Shown: one piece after another, positions 42,715 through 51,479 of the stretch
Layout of the letters: each line of letters begins with the position of its first letter
Position numbering within the stretch: the stretch's first letter is position 1
Source: Rhodospirillaceae bacterium
GTDB taxonomy: Bacteria > Pseudomonadota > Alphaproteobacteria > GCA-2746255
Length of the DNA stretch: 64,000 nt
Direction: 5' to 3'
Assembly (NCBI GenBank): GCA_002746255.1
Contig: NVWO01000001.1
Location: 97,198-161,197, forward strand
Made by a program: the position numbers and the translations under genes
The notes under the pieces: generated by a model
Told to the model about the DNA's origin: nothing
The model's database searches: none
Seen by the model: only the letters and a program-made list of their open reading frames with translations

Positions 42715-43263
42715 ATGCACAGGTCATCTGTTAGAAAACCAGAAGAACGTGTTCAGAATGTTTATAAGTGCTGTAGCGGCAAGTCGGATGGCGGCGATAT
42801 CTGGGGGGCAATTCTGCCAACGGCAATGGCGGGTGTTGGATTCTACGTTTTCCATAAATTAGCCATGCGTAGACAAAAACGGGCCGAAGTTTTCGATACT
42901 TTTCGTGACCTAAAAATGATCATTGACGATATAGACCACTTGGCGACCATTGCATGGCGAAAAACAGGGGGCGACGCGGTAAAAGATGGTGGAGTTGTGG
43001 AAATTCGCCGGAAAATTGCGCGTTGTCGAGAAGATCTCAGGCTACTAACTATGTTGGATGAGAAATTTGAAGTAGTAGCTAATCCGCTGAATGATTATAG
43101 AAGGGCGATTGACGAAGAATTAGACGATTCAGGAAACGCATTGTCCACTATCGATGACATCAATCGGTTGGGCCGGCTTGATTGGGCTATAGAAGGGATA
43201 ATGCCAAAAGCAACGGCCCTAAGGCTTAATTTAAATAAAGCCATCGCTAATATTTATGGCTGA
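42715..43263 (+). CDS. Hypothetical protein with one TM helix (third gene of the GHKL operon)
   Basis: Starts 6 nt after the STAS-like ORF. Predicted helix ILPTAMAGVGFYVFHKLAM. No motif recognised. Confidence 0.4.
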   Translation: MHRSSVRKPEERVQNVYKCCSGKSDGGDIWGAILPTAMAGVGFYVFHKLAMRRQKRAEVFDTFRDLKMIIDDIDHLATIAWRKTGGDAVKDGGVVEIRRKIARCREDLRLLTMLDEKFEVVANPLNDYRRAIDEELDDSGNALSTIDDINRLGRLDWAIEGIMPKATALRLNLNKAIANIYG

Positions 43264-43332
43264 AGGTATATAGGGCCGGTTCCAAGTGGGTGTTACGCCG
43301 TTCGGGATAGTGTCCCAGGTTTTCATAATGGA

Positions 43333-43563
43333 TCAGGCAGAGAAGCAAGATGAGCGGAGTGGGTGACCCGAGTGCGATGATTCAAGGCACCCGCTCTTGC
43401 TGTGCATGAAGCTTAAACTTCGGGTCACCTCATCTATCCTCGGATAATTTCTGCGAACTCTCATGCGGGCCAGTTGGCATTTCACATTAACCGGATAGCC
43501 CCGGTCGGTGATCTGAAGAACCGCGTCCCGTTTGAAATCGTCGCTGAAATGGACTTTGCCCAT
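43333..43563 (-). pseudogene. Fragment of an IS3-family transposase OrfA (N-terminal ~30 aa recognisable)
   Basis: KVHFSDDFKRDAVLQITDRGYPVNV resembles the IS3/IS911 OrfA N-terminus (FSxEFKREAV..V...GYSV). Similarity is lost after about 30 aa. Lies about 240 nt inside the island right end. Confidence 0.3.
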
Positions 43564-43802
43564 GATGGCCTGCTTGCTTCAAATTTAGGGAAGAAGGCAT
43601 CTAACAATCTAGGGGCTATTCATAGATAGGTGCAGAACCAGCCTGCTCCGCTGAACCTTGTCTATTTTTGGAGAAAACCTAAGAGGCTCAGGTCACTGGT
43701 CTAGCGACTGTTACATAAAACTGTTACAGTAGACGCACCGCATGGAAGCGGCATGGGTGCTAACCATCTGTATTCATTGTGTCATGAAAGCTGGTGTTCT
43801 TC

Positions 43803-43820
43803 TCCCCTAGGGGATACCAA
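43803..43820. repeat. attR-like 18-bp direct repeat TCCCCTAGGGGATACCAA
   Basis: Exact copy of the tRNA-Glu 3' end at 22633-22650. Confidence 0.7.
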
Positions 43821-43986
43821 GCATTTCAACGTGCTAGCCCACCAACCGGCGGGCTTTTTTCATTTGTACGGAAATTATACGGAAAAGGTGGCGCGGAAAA
43901 ATGTTGAAACCGCCCCTTTAGAGGCGTTTTACATTATCTATCGCCCTTGGCCTGCTTAAACTTAGTGGCGCTGTTTGCACTGCAGC

Positions 43987-44292
43987 TTAGTTTGCGAATT
44001 CGCCAAGCTCCTTCCGAACTTGCTCAGTCGCCTGTAGTGAACACGATGCCGAATCCTTAAAAACCTTAAATTCTTTCGGGGCTGGCAATTGCATCGTGAA
44101 ATCTGACATGCCATCACCAATGTTGAACCCTACCCATGGCCTATCCGCCAATGATAAAACGAATTGTGAAGATAGGTTTGGACTTCGGGTCATATCAGTC
44201 ATTGCGAGCCAACCATCGTTTTCTGGAGATGGCTCATTAAGATAGAAACTTGTCGTTGATAAATTTTGATATCGAAGAAATGCGTTCGTCAA
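43987..44292 (-). CDS. Hypothetical protein (possibly the 3' half of a disrupted gene)
   Basis: An ORF of 101 aa immediately downstream of, and co-directional with, the 44308-44586 ORF, with a 15-nt gap. Confidence 0.3.
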   Translation of the reverse strand: MTNAFLRYQNLSTTSFYLNEPSPENDGWLAMTDMTRSPNLSSQFVLSLADRPWVGFNIGDGMSDFTMQLPAPKEFKVFKDSASCSLQATEQVRKELGEFAN

Positions 44293-44307
44293 GTTATGTC
44301 TAGCTAC

Positions 44308-44586
44308 CTAGCCTTGCCGTGCTTCGGAGACTACAAGCTTGAACACAATAGATGGTATTTTATTTTTGAAATAAAATTCATTTACTGACCCTTGGATTCC
44401 AAAAACTCTCCCATCTTTTGTTGCTGCAATATTGAAATGAACGCCACAACCATCGATGCGCCCATCCTTGGTTTGCATGAGCGGCCTATAAGTAGCCTCT
44501 ATTATATCCATCACACCCCCGGCAAAACTGTAGGCTGGCGTAAATAATGCTGCCAAAACGGCAATAGAATAAATTGCGACCCTCAT
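44308..44586 (-). CDS. Hypothetical secreted protein (signal peptide)
   Basis: N-terminus MRVAIYSIAVLAALFTPAYSFAGG is signal-peptide-like. 92 aa. Confidence 0.35.
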   Translation of the reverse strand: MRVAIYSIAVLAALFTPAYSFAGGVMDIIEATYRPLMQTKDGRIDGCGVHFNIAATKDGRVFGIQGSVNEFYFKNKIPSIVFKLVVSEARQG

Positions 44587-44728
44587 AACAAATCTCCCCT
44601 TGCAAGAATGTCAGCCTATTTTAGCCAGTGTCTTTCTTGCTGTCTTTATCATCTCGCCAACGCGCTTACGTTCCTTCCTGGCCTCATTCGTATAAAGTCC
44701 GTGTCTGCCCAAGGCTCGGGGAGTCCTT

Positions 44729-45568
44729 TTATCGCGCTTTAGCTAACGATGCGATTAAGGCGGGGGAGCGTCCGGCAATGGTAGTGCTTTGATTAAATGT
44801 CGCTTTATTGATTGCTCGAATGTGGCTGTCTTCTGTGATCTCAACCAACTTTTCTTTACCGCTAAATGAGTCGTGTGCAACTACTACGTCGTGAGCAATC
44901 GGAAACCATATCGAGTCAGCGGTGCGCGAGCGACTAGGAGACGTTGGCTTTACAATTGGGTTGCTTCCGATAACGAAGCTCTTTTCCGGCTTCTGGATTA
45001 TTGTAGTGACGAGTCCTTTGCTCTGAAACATTTGCAACACCTCTTCACCCAGTCTTGCAATGGCCTGCACCTTGGCATTCTGTATAAGCCTGTCTAGTGT
45101 TTTCTGGGAATGTAGCTTAGCGTGCTCGTCGATAGTGAGCGGCCTCGTTGCTTCGAAGTTTTCTAATTTAGTATGAATAAGTTTCTGGAATTGTTCAGGG
45201 CCAAAAACGTTGTTATGCATATCCGGCACACGCTTCCACTGGTAGTAAAAAAACCGGTCCCAATTTGATTTTTCAATAGGTGTTAAATCAGGTAATTCTC
45301 GGGTTCGCGCCGCCCCCAATATTTTCCTGATTATCGTGTCCGCCGTTCCTTCAAGGTCAGCAAACATCTTTTCAAGGGAAGTGTCCTTATCTCCATCCTC
45401 ATAGTGCTGGGTGTAAAGATTACCTACGACAAAAATATTCTTTGGGGTGACAGGTTGAACCCCTTTTTCCGGGAAGCGCTTGTCAAAAAAGTATAGTTTC
45501 CCATTTTCATCCGTGAACCGGCGTGACAGCATTTGCGCAATAAAATGGTTGCGTTTTGGCTCATTCAT
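44729..45568 (-). CDS. DUF4238-like protein
   Basis: N-terminus KRNHFIAQMLSRRFTDENGKLYFFDK resembles the DUF4238 signature (K.HH.VPQ.YL..F....G.lyvyDK). The family is common in accessory and defence islands. 279 aa. Confidence 0.5.
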   Translation of the reverse strand: MNEPKRNHFIAQMLSRRFTDENGKLYFFDKRFPEKGVQPVTPKNIFVVGNLYTQHYEDGDKDTSLEKMFADLEGTADTIIRKILGAARTRELPDLTPIEKSNWDRFFYYQWKRVPDMHNNVFGPEQFQKLIHTKLENFEATRPLTIDEHAKLHSQKTLDRLIQNAKVQAIARLGEEVLQMFQSKGLVTTIIQKPEKSFVIGSNPIVKPTSPSRSRTADSIWFPIAHDVVVAHDSFSGKEKLVEITEDSHIRAINKATFNQSTTIAGRSPALIASLAKAR

Positions 45569-45936
45569 AAAACTTCCTTTATAGGAAAGAGAAAAGCCGC
45601 AAAAAAAGGCAAAGTAATAATGTTGCGTGCCAATAGCTAGCTACCGCTGCGTTATTTCCACAACCAATCTAGGAAACAAATATCACCATAATCTATTGAT
45701 ATAACTGCTTAGTTGGCAATCAAGAGAATCAACCAAGCGTAGCTATTGGGCTGGTTTTCTTCCCTATAGAGACACCAAAACCGCGCCGCCTACCCGCCGA
45801 CCGTCGCCTTGCCCTTGCCGCTATAGCGGGTCGTGAAACAGCCGATGCCAGACCGAAATCGGCGCGATCAGCCGAGGACCAGGTTGTTCTGGTCCGTGTG
45901 TTCAAAAACTTTTCCGTAGATATCGACCGTCGTTGT

Positions 45937-46434
45937 TTAGAAATAGGACAGCTGGCCATTTCCAACGACGATTTTTTGCCGGAAGGCGGTCGTGGAGGCG
46001 TTCTTCTGCATGAAGGGGGACTGGATGATTGTCCAATTGGCATCGTCAGCCGTTGCCGCGACTTCGATGATGGTGCGGCCGTCTGAGTCTTTTTCCCCGG
46101 CATATTTGCCACCTGCAAGCACGCAGACCGCGCGGGGAATAACCAAAGAATGCATGACAATGCCCGCATCCTGGTCCCACATCCAATAGCCGGTCTCGTC
46201 GTGAAAGACCTCGCCATCCGATTTTCGGCGAACGATTTGACGGTAGTGGACGACCGCAAGGTTTTGCTGTTCGGCATTCGTCACGTCGCCAACGGCCGAA
46301 TAGGTAATGGTCTCAAAATAGGGATTGGTTTCTGTGCCATCGGGTTCCGGTGCCACATCGACGCCATCCTCCCCCTTCCAGACCCCAATCAGGTTCGTTA
46401 GCGGACCAAAGTCTATCGCGTTCTTCTTGCCCAT
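45937..46434 (-). CDS. Nitrobindin/THAP4-like (FABP-like beta-barrel, DUF1794-type) protein
   Basis: N-terminus GPLTNLIGVWKGEDGVD resembles the nitrobindin motif GPL..L.G.W.GEG. 165 aa. Confidence 0.4.
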   Translation of the reverse strand: MGKKNAIDFGPLTNLIGVWKGEDGVDVAPEPDGTETNPYFETITYSAVGDVTNAEQQNLAVVHYRQIVRRKSDGEVFHDETGYWMWDQDAGIVMHSLVIPRAVCVLAGGKYAGEKDSDGRTIIEVAATADDANWTIIQSPFMQKNASTTAFRQKIVVGNGQLSYF

Positions 46435-46505
46435 TTGGACCTCGCCGTTTTTTTGAAAGTCACTGAGTAGGGATCACTATGGCAGCCGCAACCGCCGCTG
46501 CCCAC

Positions 46506-47813
46506 CTAGCGATACAAATCCGCCCGTGTCGGGGCCATGGCGGACGGGCCCTTGGCTTTCTGTTTGGTGGCGAGGATCTGATAAAGCCGAAGCGCGCCAT
46601 CGTTAAACCCGAACGCCACGCCAGCAAGATAGGCGATCCACATGCGATATTTTTCCAGCCCGATCTGGGCGATGGCCTTGTCGCTGTTGGCGACCAGGCG
46701 CTGGTGCCACAGCCGGCAGGTCTGGGCGTAATGTTCGCGCCAGCCTTCCACATCGTGGATTTCAAAACCCTCGGTTTCCATGGCTTCGAGGGTATGGCCG
46801 AGGTGGTCCAGTTCCGAGCCCGGGAAAATATGTTTCAGCAATAGCTTCTTTTCCGGCGGGGTTTTGTGCCCCTTGCGGTGGCCGCGCTTGGCGCGCCGGG
46901 TGATGCCGTGGTTCAGGAGAAGCCCCCGGTCGCGAAGCAGGCGGTTCAGCTTGCCGAAATAGGCCGGGTAATTGGCGATGCCGACATGTTCGACCATGCC
47001 GATTGAGGAAATCTTGTCATATTCGCCGTCGAGGTTTTCATAATTGCGCAGTTCCACCGTCACCCGGTCTTCCAGACCGAGGCGGCGGATTTTCTCTGCT
47101 GTGTAATCGTGCTGGGCCTGGGAAAGTGTGACGCCATGGGCCGTGACGCCGTGATGCGTCGCCGCGTGGCACAGCAACCCGCCCCAGCCGCAGCCGATGT
47201 CGAGGAAGCGGTCGCCCGGTTGCAGGCGCAGTTTTCGGCAGATCATTTCCAGCTTGTCGGTCTGGGCCTGTTCCAGCGAATTGCCCCAATCTGTGAAATA
47301 GGCGCAGGAATACTGCATCTCCGCATCCAGGAAGAGGGCATAGAAATCATTGCCGATGTCATAGTGAAACTGAATGAAGCCGGTTTCCTCGCCGTGGGTC
47401 CGTTGCCGGCCGGTTTCGTCACCGGCATAGGCATGGGCCAGACGGCGGTTGTCTTCGAAGGCAAAGAACAGCGGCAGGGCGTGTTTCAGCAGGAAGCCTT
47501 TGCGCAGATGCTGCCACTTGATCTTGATTTTCTTCTCGCGCGCCAGGGTGATGAAGGTGAGCAAATCGCCACCCTCGAAATCGATGCGACCGGTGGCGTA
47601 GTGGCGCAGCAGGGTTTCCAGCGTTGGCCGCCGCAGCAGCGAGCCCAGCACGCCCGGTCCGCGAATGGCGATGCAACGGGCCGGGTCGGCGTGGCGGCCA
47701 AGGGGCACGATGGAGCCGTCCCATAGCCGTATGGAAAGGCGCGTGTCGAGCTGTTCGGCCAGATGTTCAAAAATATTCCTGGCGGCGCGTAAGTGTGTTT
47801 GGTCAGAAAACAT
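46506..47813 (-). CDS. cfa: Cyclopropane-fatty-acyl-phospholipid synthase family SAM-dependent methyltransferase
   Basis: SAM motif LDIGCGWGGL, the CFA synthase N-terminal region, and ~435-aa length. Confidence 0.85.
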   Translation of the reverse strand: MFSDQTHLRAARNIFEHLAEQLDTRLSIRLWDGSIVPLGRHADPARCIAIRGPGVLGSLLRRPTLETLLRHYATGRIDFEGGDLLTFITLAREKKIKIKWQHLRKGFLLKHALPLFFAFEDNRRLAHAYAGDETGRQRTHGEETGFIQFHYDIGNDFYALFLDAEMQYSCAYFTDWGNSLEQAQTDKLEMICRKLRLQPGDRFLDIGCGWGGLLCHAATHHGVTAHGVTLSQAQHDYTAEKIRRLGLEDRVTVELRNYENLDGEYDKISSIGMVEHVGIANYPAYFGKLNRLLRDRGLLLNHGITRRAKRGHRKGHKTPPEKKLLLKHIFPGSELDHLGHTLEAMETEGFEIHDVEGWREHYAQTCRLWHQRLVANSDKAIAQIGLEKYRMWIAYLAGVAFGFNDGALRLYQILATKQKAKGPSAMAPTRADLYR

Positions 47814-47827
47814 GGTGGCTTTAAACC

Positions 47828-48883
47828 TTACATCCCGCTGTTGTCGGATAGATGACCCGGCAGGCGATCAAGGACAATTTGAGTGAAGGCGTCGGTCGTT
47901 AGCGAACCGCCAAGGTCGCGGGTGCATTCGCCGGCCTCGATTGCGCCCAGCAGGGACAGGCGCAACGCGTGGGCAAGGTCATGGCGGTTGACATGGTCCA
48001 GCAACATTGCAAAAGCCAGCAGGATCGCGGCCGGGTTGCATAGATTCTTGCCTGCAATGTCGGGCGCAGTACCGCCGGCCGGATCGAACATGGCGATGTC
48101 GATCTTTTGATTTTTATCGAAGGAATAATTGCCGCTGGCGCCCGTGCCCAGGCTGCCCACCAGACCGGCGGCCATGTCCGATAGAAAGTCGCCATATTCG
48201 TTGAGCACCAGGACCACTTCAAAGTCTTTCGGTTTCATGATGATCTTGGCCAGAAGTGCGTCGAACAATTCCAGCTTATGCGGCACGTCGGAATATTCCT
48301 GTGCAATGTCGGCGACCACGGATTCAAACAGGCCGTCGGTGACTTTCTGGATGGTGTGCTTGGACGCGGACGTGACCGTGCAGGGCTTGTTTCCGTTGGT
48401 GGCACTTTGTGTGCGCGCAAGTTCAAAGGCAAAACGCGCCGCCTGTTCGCAGGGTTCCCGTTCAACCATGCGAAGGGAAACGGCGGCATTTTTACCAACC
48501 AGCTGACCCGGGTCGTCATAGGTTCCGCCCGTCGCGATCCGCACGATGTGCAAATTGATGTTTTCCTTAAAGTTTGAATCAATGCCCTTGATTGAAATTG
48601 TCGGCCGATAGATGACGCTGAAATTACAGCGGCGCCGGATCATCTGATTCGGACTGCGGGTGCGCGTGACGGTCGGATATTTGAGCGCCAGGCGGGTTTC
48701 TTTCATCGAGGCTTCGGCACGGTCGATGGCGGCATCCCCATCGCGTTCGCGGGTTTCCAGCGACCAGTCGATCTGGTGAAAGTTAAAATCAGTCGGCAAA
48801 GCATCGGCGACGCGGTGGATGGATTGGGCCAGTTCCGGCCCAATCCCGTCCCCCAACAGTTCTGTAATTTCGATGGTCTTCAT
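47828..48883 (-). CDS. Isocitrate/isopropylmalate dehydrogenase family protein
   Basis: N-terminus IEITELLGDGIGPEL and the Iso_dh fold motifs. 351 aa. Confidence 0.7.
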   Translation of the reverse strand: MKTIEITELLGDGIGPELAQSIHRVADALPTDFNFHQIDWSLETRERDGDAAIDRAEASMKETRLALKYPTVTRTRSPNQMIRRRCNFSVIYRPTISIKGIDSNFKENINLHIVRIATGGTYDDPGQLVGKNAAVSLRMVEREPCEQAARFAFELARTQSATNGNKPCTVTSASKHTIQKVTDGLFESVVADIAQEYSDVPHKLELFDALLAKIIMKPKDFEVVLVLNEYGDFLSDMAAGLVGSLGTGASGNYSFDKNQKIDIAMFDPAGGTAPDIAGKNLCNPAAILLAFAMLLDHVNRHDLAHALRLSLLGAIEAGECTRDLGGSLTTDAFTQIVLDRLPGHLSDNSGM

Positions 48884-49134
48884 TTCGAGATCTCCGAATG
48901 GTGTCGTGAAATTTTATGCGCTGGGTTGTGTGTCCTGCCGGGTGGGCTGAAAAACGCGTGTAAGGGTAACATCCTTCAGAAAATTGCGCCTTCAAAGTAG
49001 CTTTTTGGTTAAAATATTGCAGGTTGTCCTGCCGTCGGCTATCCGGCATCCGCATATCATCGTCGGCAGTTTTCTGATAAACCTGATCAAGTTATAAATA
49101 TTCTCTGGAATTCTTCTTTAGAGGAGCGGGACCG

Positions 49135-49440
49135 ATGTTTCTCCTTTGTATAGTGATCTTTGCCACTCTGGCCATGTTGGCTGGTTATTTTGTTCTTGTC
49201 GTCGCTGGAAAGGCAGAAGGGGGCTTGCAGAAATTCGGCAAGGTTCTGGCCATCTGGCTTTTTGTACTGGCAGCCCTGCCGGTGCTTGCCGGTGGGTACA
49301 TGGTCGTCTCTGGTCATGGGACGGGCATGATGCGTGGGCATATGGGCGGCTGGATGCATGGCCAGCATGGCGATAAGTTGTGCGCGCATCACGGTAAAGG
49401 CGTGGTTACGCCTATGGAAGAGGGGCATCCTTCCAAATAA
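49135..49440 (+). CDS. Hypothetical small membrane protein with His/Met-rich tail
   Basis: Two TM helices followed by HGTGMMRGHMGGWMHGQHGDKLCAHHGKG. 101 aa. Weak support. Confidence 0.3.
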   Translation: MFLLCIVIFATLAMLAGYFVLVVAGKAEGGLQKFGKVLAIWLFVLAALPVLAGGYMVVSGHGTGMMRGHMGGWMHGQHGDKLCAHHGKGVVTPMEEGHPSK

Positions 49441-49530
49441 GCTGCCGGGGTTTTTGGCCTTGGCGCATAAAAAACTGGCGGGGCCCGAAAGCCCCGCCAG
49501 CGTTCTTTTCGTCACCCAAAACGTTTGGGT

Positions 49531-50844
49531 TCAGTCGCCGCCCTTCTCAAGACGCGCAACCGAGATGTCGTTCTCTTTAACCCCAAGCGGATTAAAGCGA
49601 ATGCCTTCGTTCATGTAGAACCCCGTGCAATGCAGGTTCTGCACGTCACAGAAATGGCCAACCATCGAAGACATCACATATTCGCCATCCTCACCCGGGA
49701 TGTTGCCGAGATGGTAGTCCGAGAACTTCCACCATTCACCCTTGCGGTCATAGGCCTCGACAAACTGGGCACGCGGGAAAGCAACCGGTGCGTACCATTT
49801 CATCCGGCTGTAAGGATGATCTTCGTAAGAAATCGCCTCGACGACGTAGGATTCATACGGCGCATAGAGATCCATGCCCGGCATGCCGGTCGAGAAATCC
49901 CATGGCGGCGTATTCGCCAGTGCGAAATAAGGGAAATGTTCAAACCGCGTTCCCGACTGGTTCAGCTTCCAGCTACCAAGCGCATTACTATGAATGACCT
50001 GGATGATCTGCTGACGCTTCAACAGTTTGTACGATTTGTACCAGGACGGATGCACGTTGATGTTTTCCGCATCGCTGTTCAGCCAGTCGGAACCACCAAT
50101 CGGGTCCATCCACGCACCACCAGAAAGACGACGGACACGACGCGCCGAGCGAATGTACGCATAGGTGTCATCGTATTTGCCGTTCTGGTCGTAACGGACG
50201 AAGTAAACGCCCGTTCCCTTCACGTCTTTCGGAAAGCGTGAGTTGATGATCGTCTTGTACCGGATGTTGCCACGTGGAATGGCAAGACCGTCAAACCGGC
50301 CAGAGCTGTACCAACGAAGCCACTGCCAATGCTGAATACGCTCAACGCCTTTGTTGTTCATCCAGATGAAGGCGAATTTGTTGTAATAAGTGATGTTGCC
50401 GCTGGGCTCACCAAGATAAATGTTCCAGATGAACTTCTCCCCGCCATTGGGGTCATCCAGCTTGATGTCCGAGAAAGGCATGCCACCCTTCCACTCTTCA
50501 ACGCAGTTGCAGTCCTTGCCGTAAACATCCTTCGCAGACGCATCATATTTCAGCACGTCCTTGTTGCGAGCCGTCTCCGCAACCCAGCCCTTGTCAAACC
50601 GCATCTCAAGCGGCTTACCAAGCGGATAGGTCATCGAATACGTCTTGATCATGTCCGGCATGCGCTCCGTCAGCATGTCCTTGATCGGGACGCCATTGAA
50701 CGTGCCGCTTTTCATCAACTTCGTGATGTTTGACGCGTTCAGGACCGTCCCCTCAGGAACTTCCTCCGCAAACGCTGCGCCGCCCACAAAACCAAGCGCA
50801 ACAACAAATGCGCCAGCCTGTAGAACCTTGCTTAATTTCAACAT
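49531..50844 (-). CDS. DUF1329-family periplasmic protein
   Basis: Signal peptide MLKLSKVLQAGAFVVALGFVGGAAFA. The ATG at 50844 is preceded by a GAGAGGA RBS. The mature protein has conserved DUF1329-like blocks and is paralogous to 53589-54878. Confidence 0.65.
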   Translation of the reverse strand: MLKLSKVLQAGAFVVALGFVGGAAFAEEVPEGTVLNASNITKLMKSGTFNGVPIKDMLTERMPDMIKTYSMTYPLGKPLEMRFDKGWVAETARNKDVLKYDASAKDVYGKDCNCVEEWKGGMPFSDIKLDDPNGGEKFIWNIYLGEPSGNITYYNKFAFIWMNNKGVERIQHWQWLRWYSSGRFDGLAIPRGNIRYKTIINSRFPKDVKGTGVYFVRYDQNGKYDDTYAYIRSARRVRRLSGGAWMDPIGGSDWLNSDAENINVHPSWYKSYKLLKRQQIIQVIHSNALGSWKLNQSGTRFEHFPYFALANTPPWDFSTGMPGMDLYAPYESYVVEAISYEDHPYSRMKWYAPVAFPRAQFVEAYDRKGEWWKFSDYHLGNIPGEDGEYVMSSMVGHFCDVQNLHCTGFYMNEGIRFNPLGVKENDISVARLEKGGD

Positions 50845-51080
50845 TCCAAATCCTCTCAAAAAGCCCTTGGTGGGGGTATACGAGTCGCGGCAATCGACCG
50901 GCAGCGATGGGCAAAGCCTGGCCCGGCTAGAAACAGGAAGACCGGAAGAGATGCCTGAACCATAATCTGGGCGCAATTATCCGGTTATGCGAATAACAAC
51001 GGGTCACAACTCGGTGAAGAAGCCGGGGGTGTGTGCGTGCCGGGAAAAGGTGCCATTTTACCGCGATTAAGGAGGCAAAC

Positions 51081-51437
51081 ATGTCGGGTATGAAGTTTTT
51101 TTGCAAAGGCGAAGGCACATGGCAGGCATGGCGAGGCCTGAAGGGAACCCGCATCCGCCGTCTGGTGGGGACGCGGGAAAGCGAGACCATCGGGGCCGGG
51201 GTACTGACGATGGAAAAACAGACCATTGTCTCGTCGAATGATTTCGACGAAGTGATCGTTGTGCTGGACGGGCAGTATCGGTCCCGTTCGGAGGGTGTGG
51301 AATATGAGGCAAATCCGGGGGACGTCTTTTGGGTGCCTGCCGGCACAGAATTCGAGTTGGAAACGGAAACGACGGCAACGATTTTTTACGCGCGCTATCC
51401 GATGGACCCGAAAATCGGGGGCGAGGACGAGGCCTGA
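51081..51437 (+). CDS. Cupin-domain protein (EutQ-like)
   Basis: RBS AAGGAGG before the ATG at 51081. Cupin beta-barrel signature (GDVFWVPAGTEFELE). Confidence 0.55.
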   Translation: MSGMKFFCKGEGTWQAWRGLKGTRIRRLVGTRESETIGAGVLTMEKQTIVSSNDFDEVIVVLDGQYRSRSEGVEYEANPGDVFWVPAGTEFELETETTATIFYARYPMDPKIGGEDEA

Positions 51438-51479
51438 AATTCAGGCTGATTTTCTCTGTCTTTTGTTTTTCTGAATTTC
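51436..51479. terminator. Possible bidirectional stem-loop between convergent genes
   Basis: GAAATTCAG (51436-51444) pairs with CTGAATTTC (51471-51479) around a T-rich 26-nt loop. It overlaps the stop codons of the cupin (+) and SprT-like (-) genes. The loop is long for an intrinsic terminator. Confidence 0.3.

Larger units (their letters stand above)
22651..43820. mobile_element. ~21-kb tRNA-Glu-associated integrative island
   Basis: An integrase gene sits 47 nt after the tRNA. The far end is marked by an exact 18-bp direct repeat of the tRNA 3' end. GC content is visibly lower, especially 24.4-30 kb. Cargo includes Rep_trans-like, a second recombinase, Fic/XRE, type I R-M, GHKL/STAS and an IS3 fragment. 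No conjugation or phage structural genes were found. Confidence 0.7.

Noticed and set aside
22651-43820. Island considered as a prophage or ICE
   Set aside because: No capsid, tail, terminase, portal or lysis genes and no T4SS, coupling protein or obvious relaxase were recognised. Integrative island or IME is the supported call.
47828-48883. Specific call of the ICDH-family enzyme as icd versus leuB or tartrate dehydrogenase
   Set aside because: The family signature is clear but substrate specificity cannot be decided by eye, so it is left at family level.
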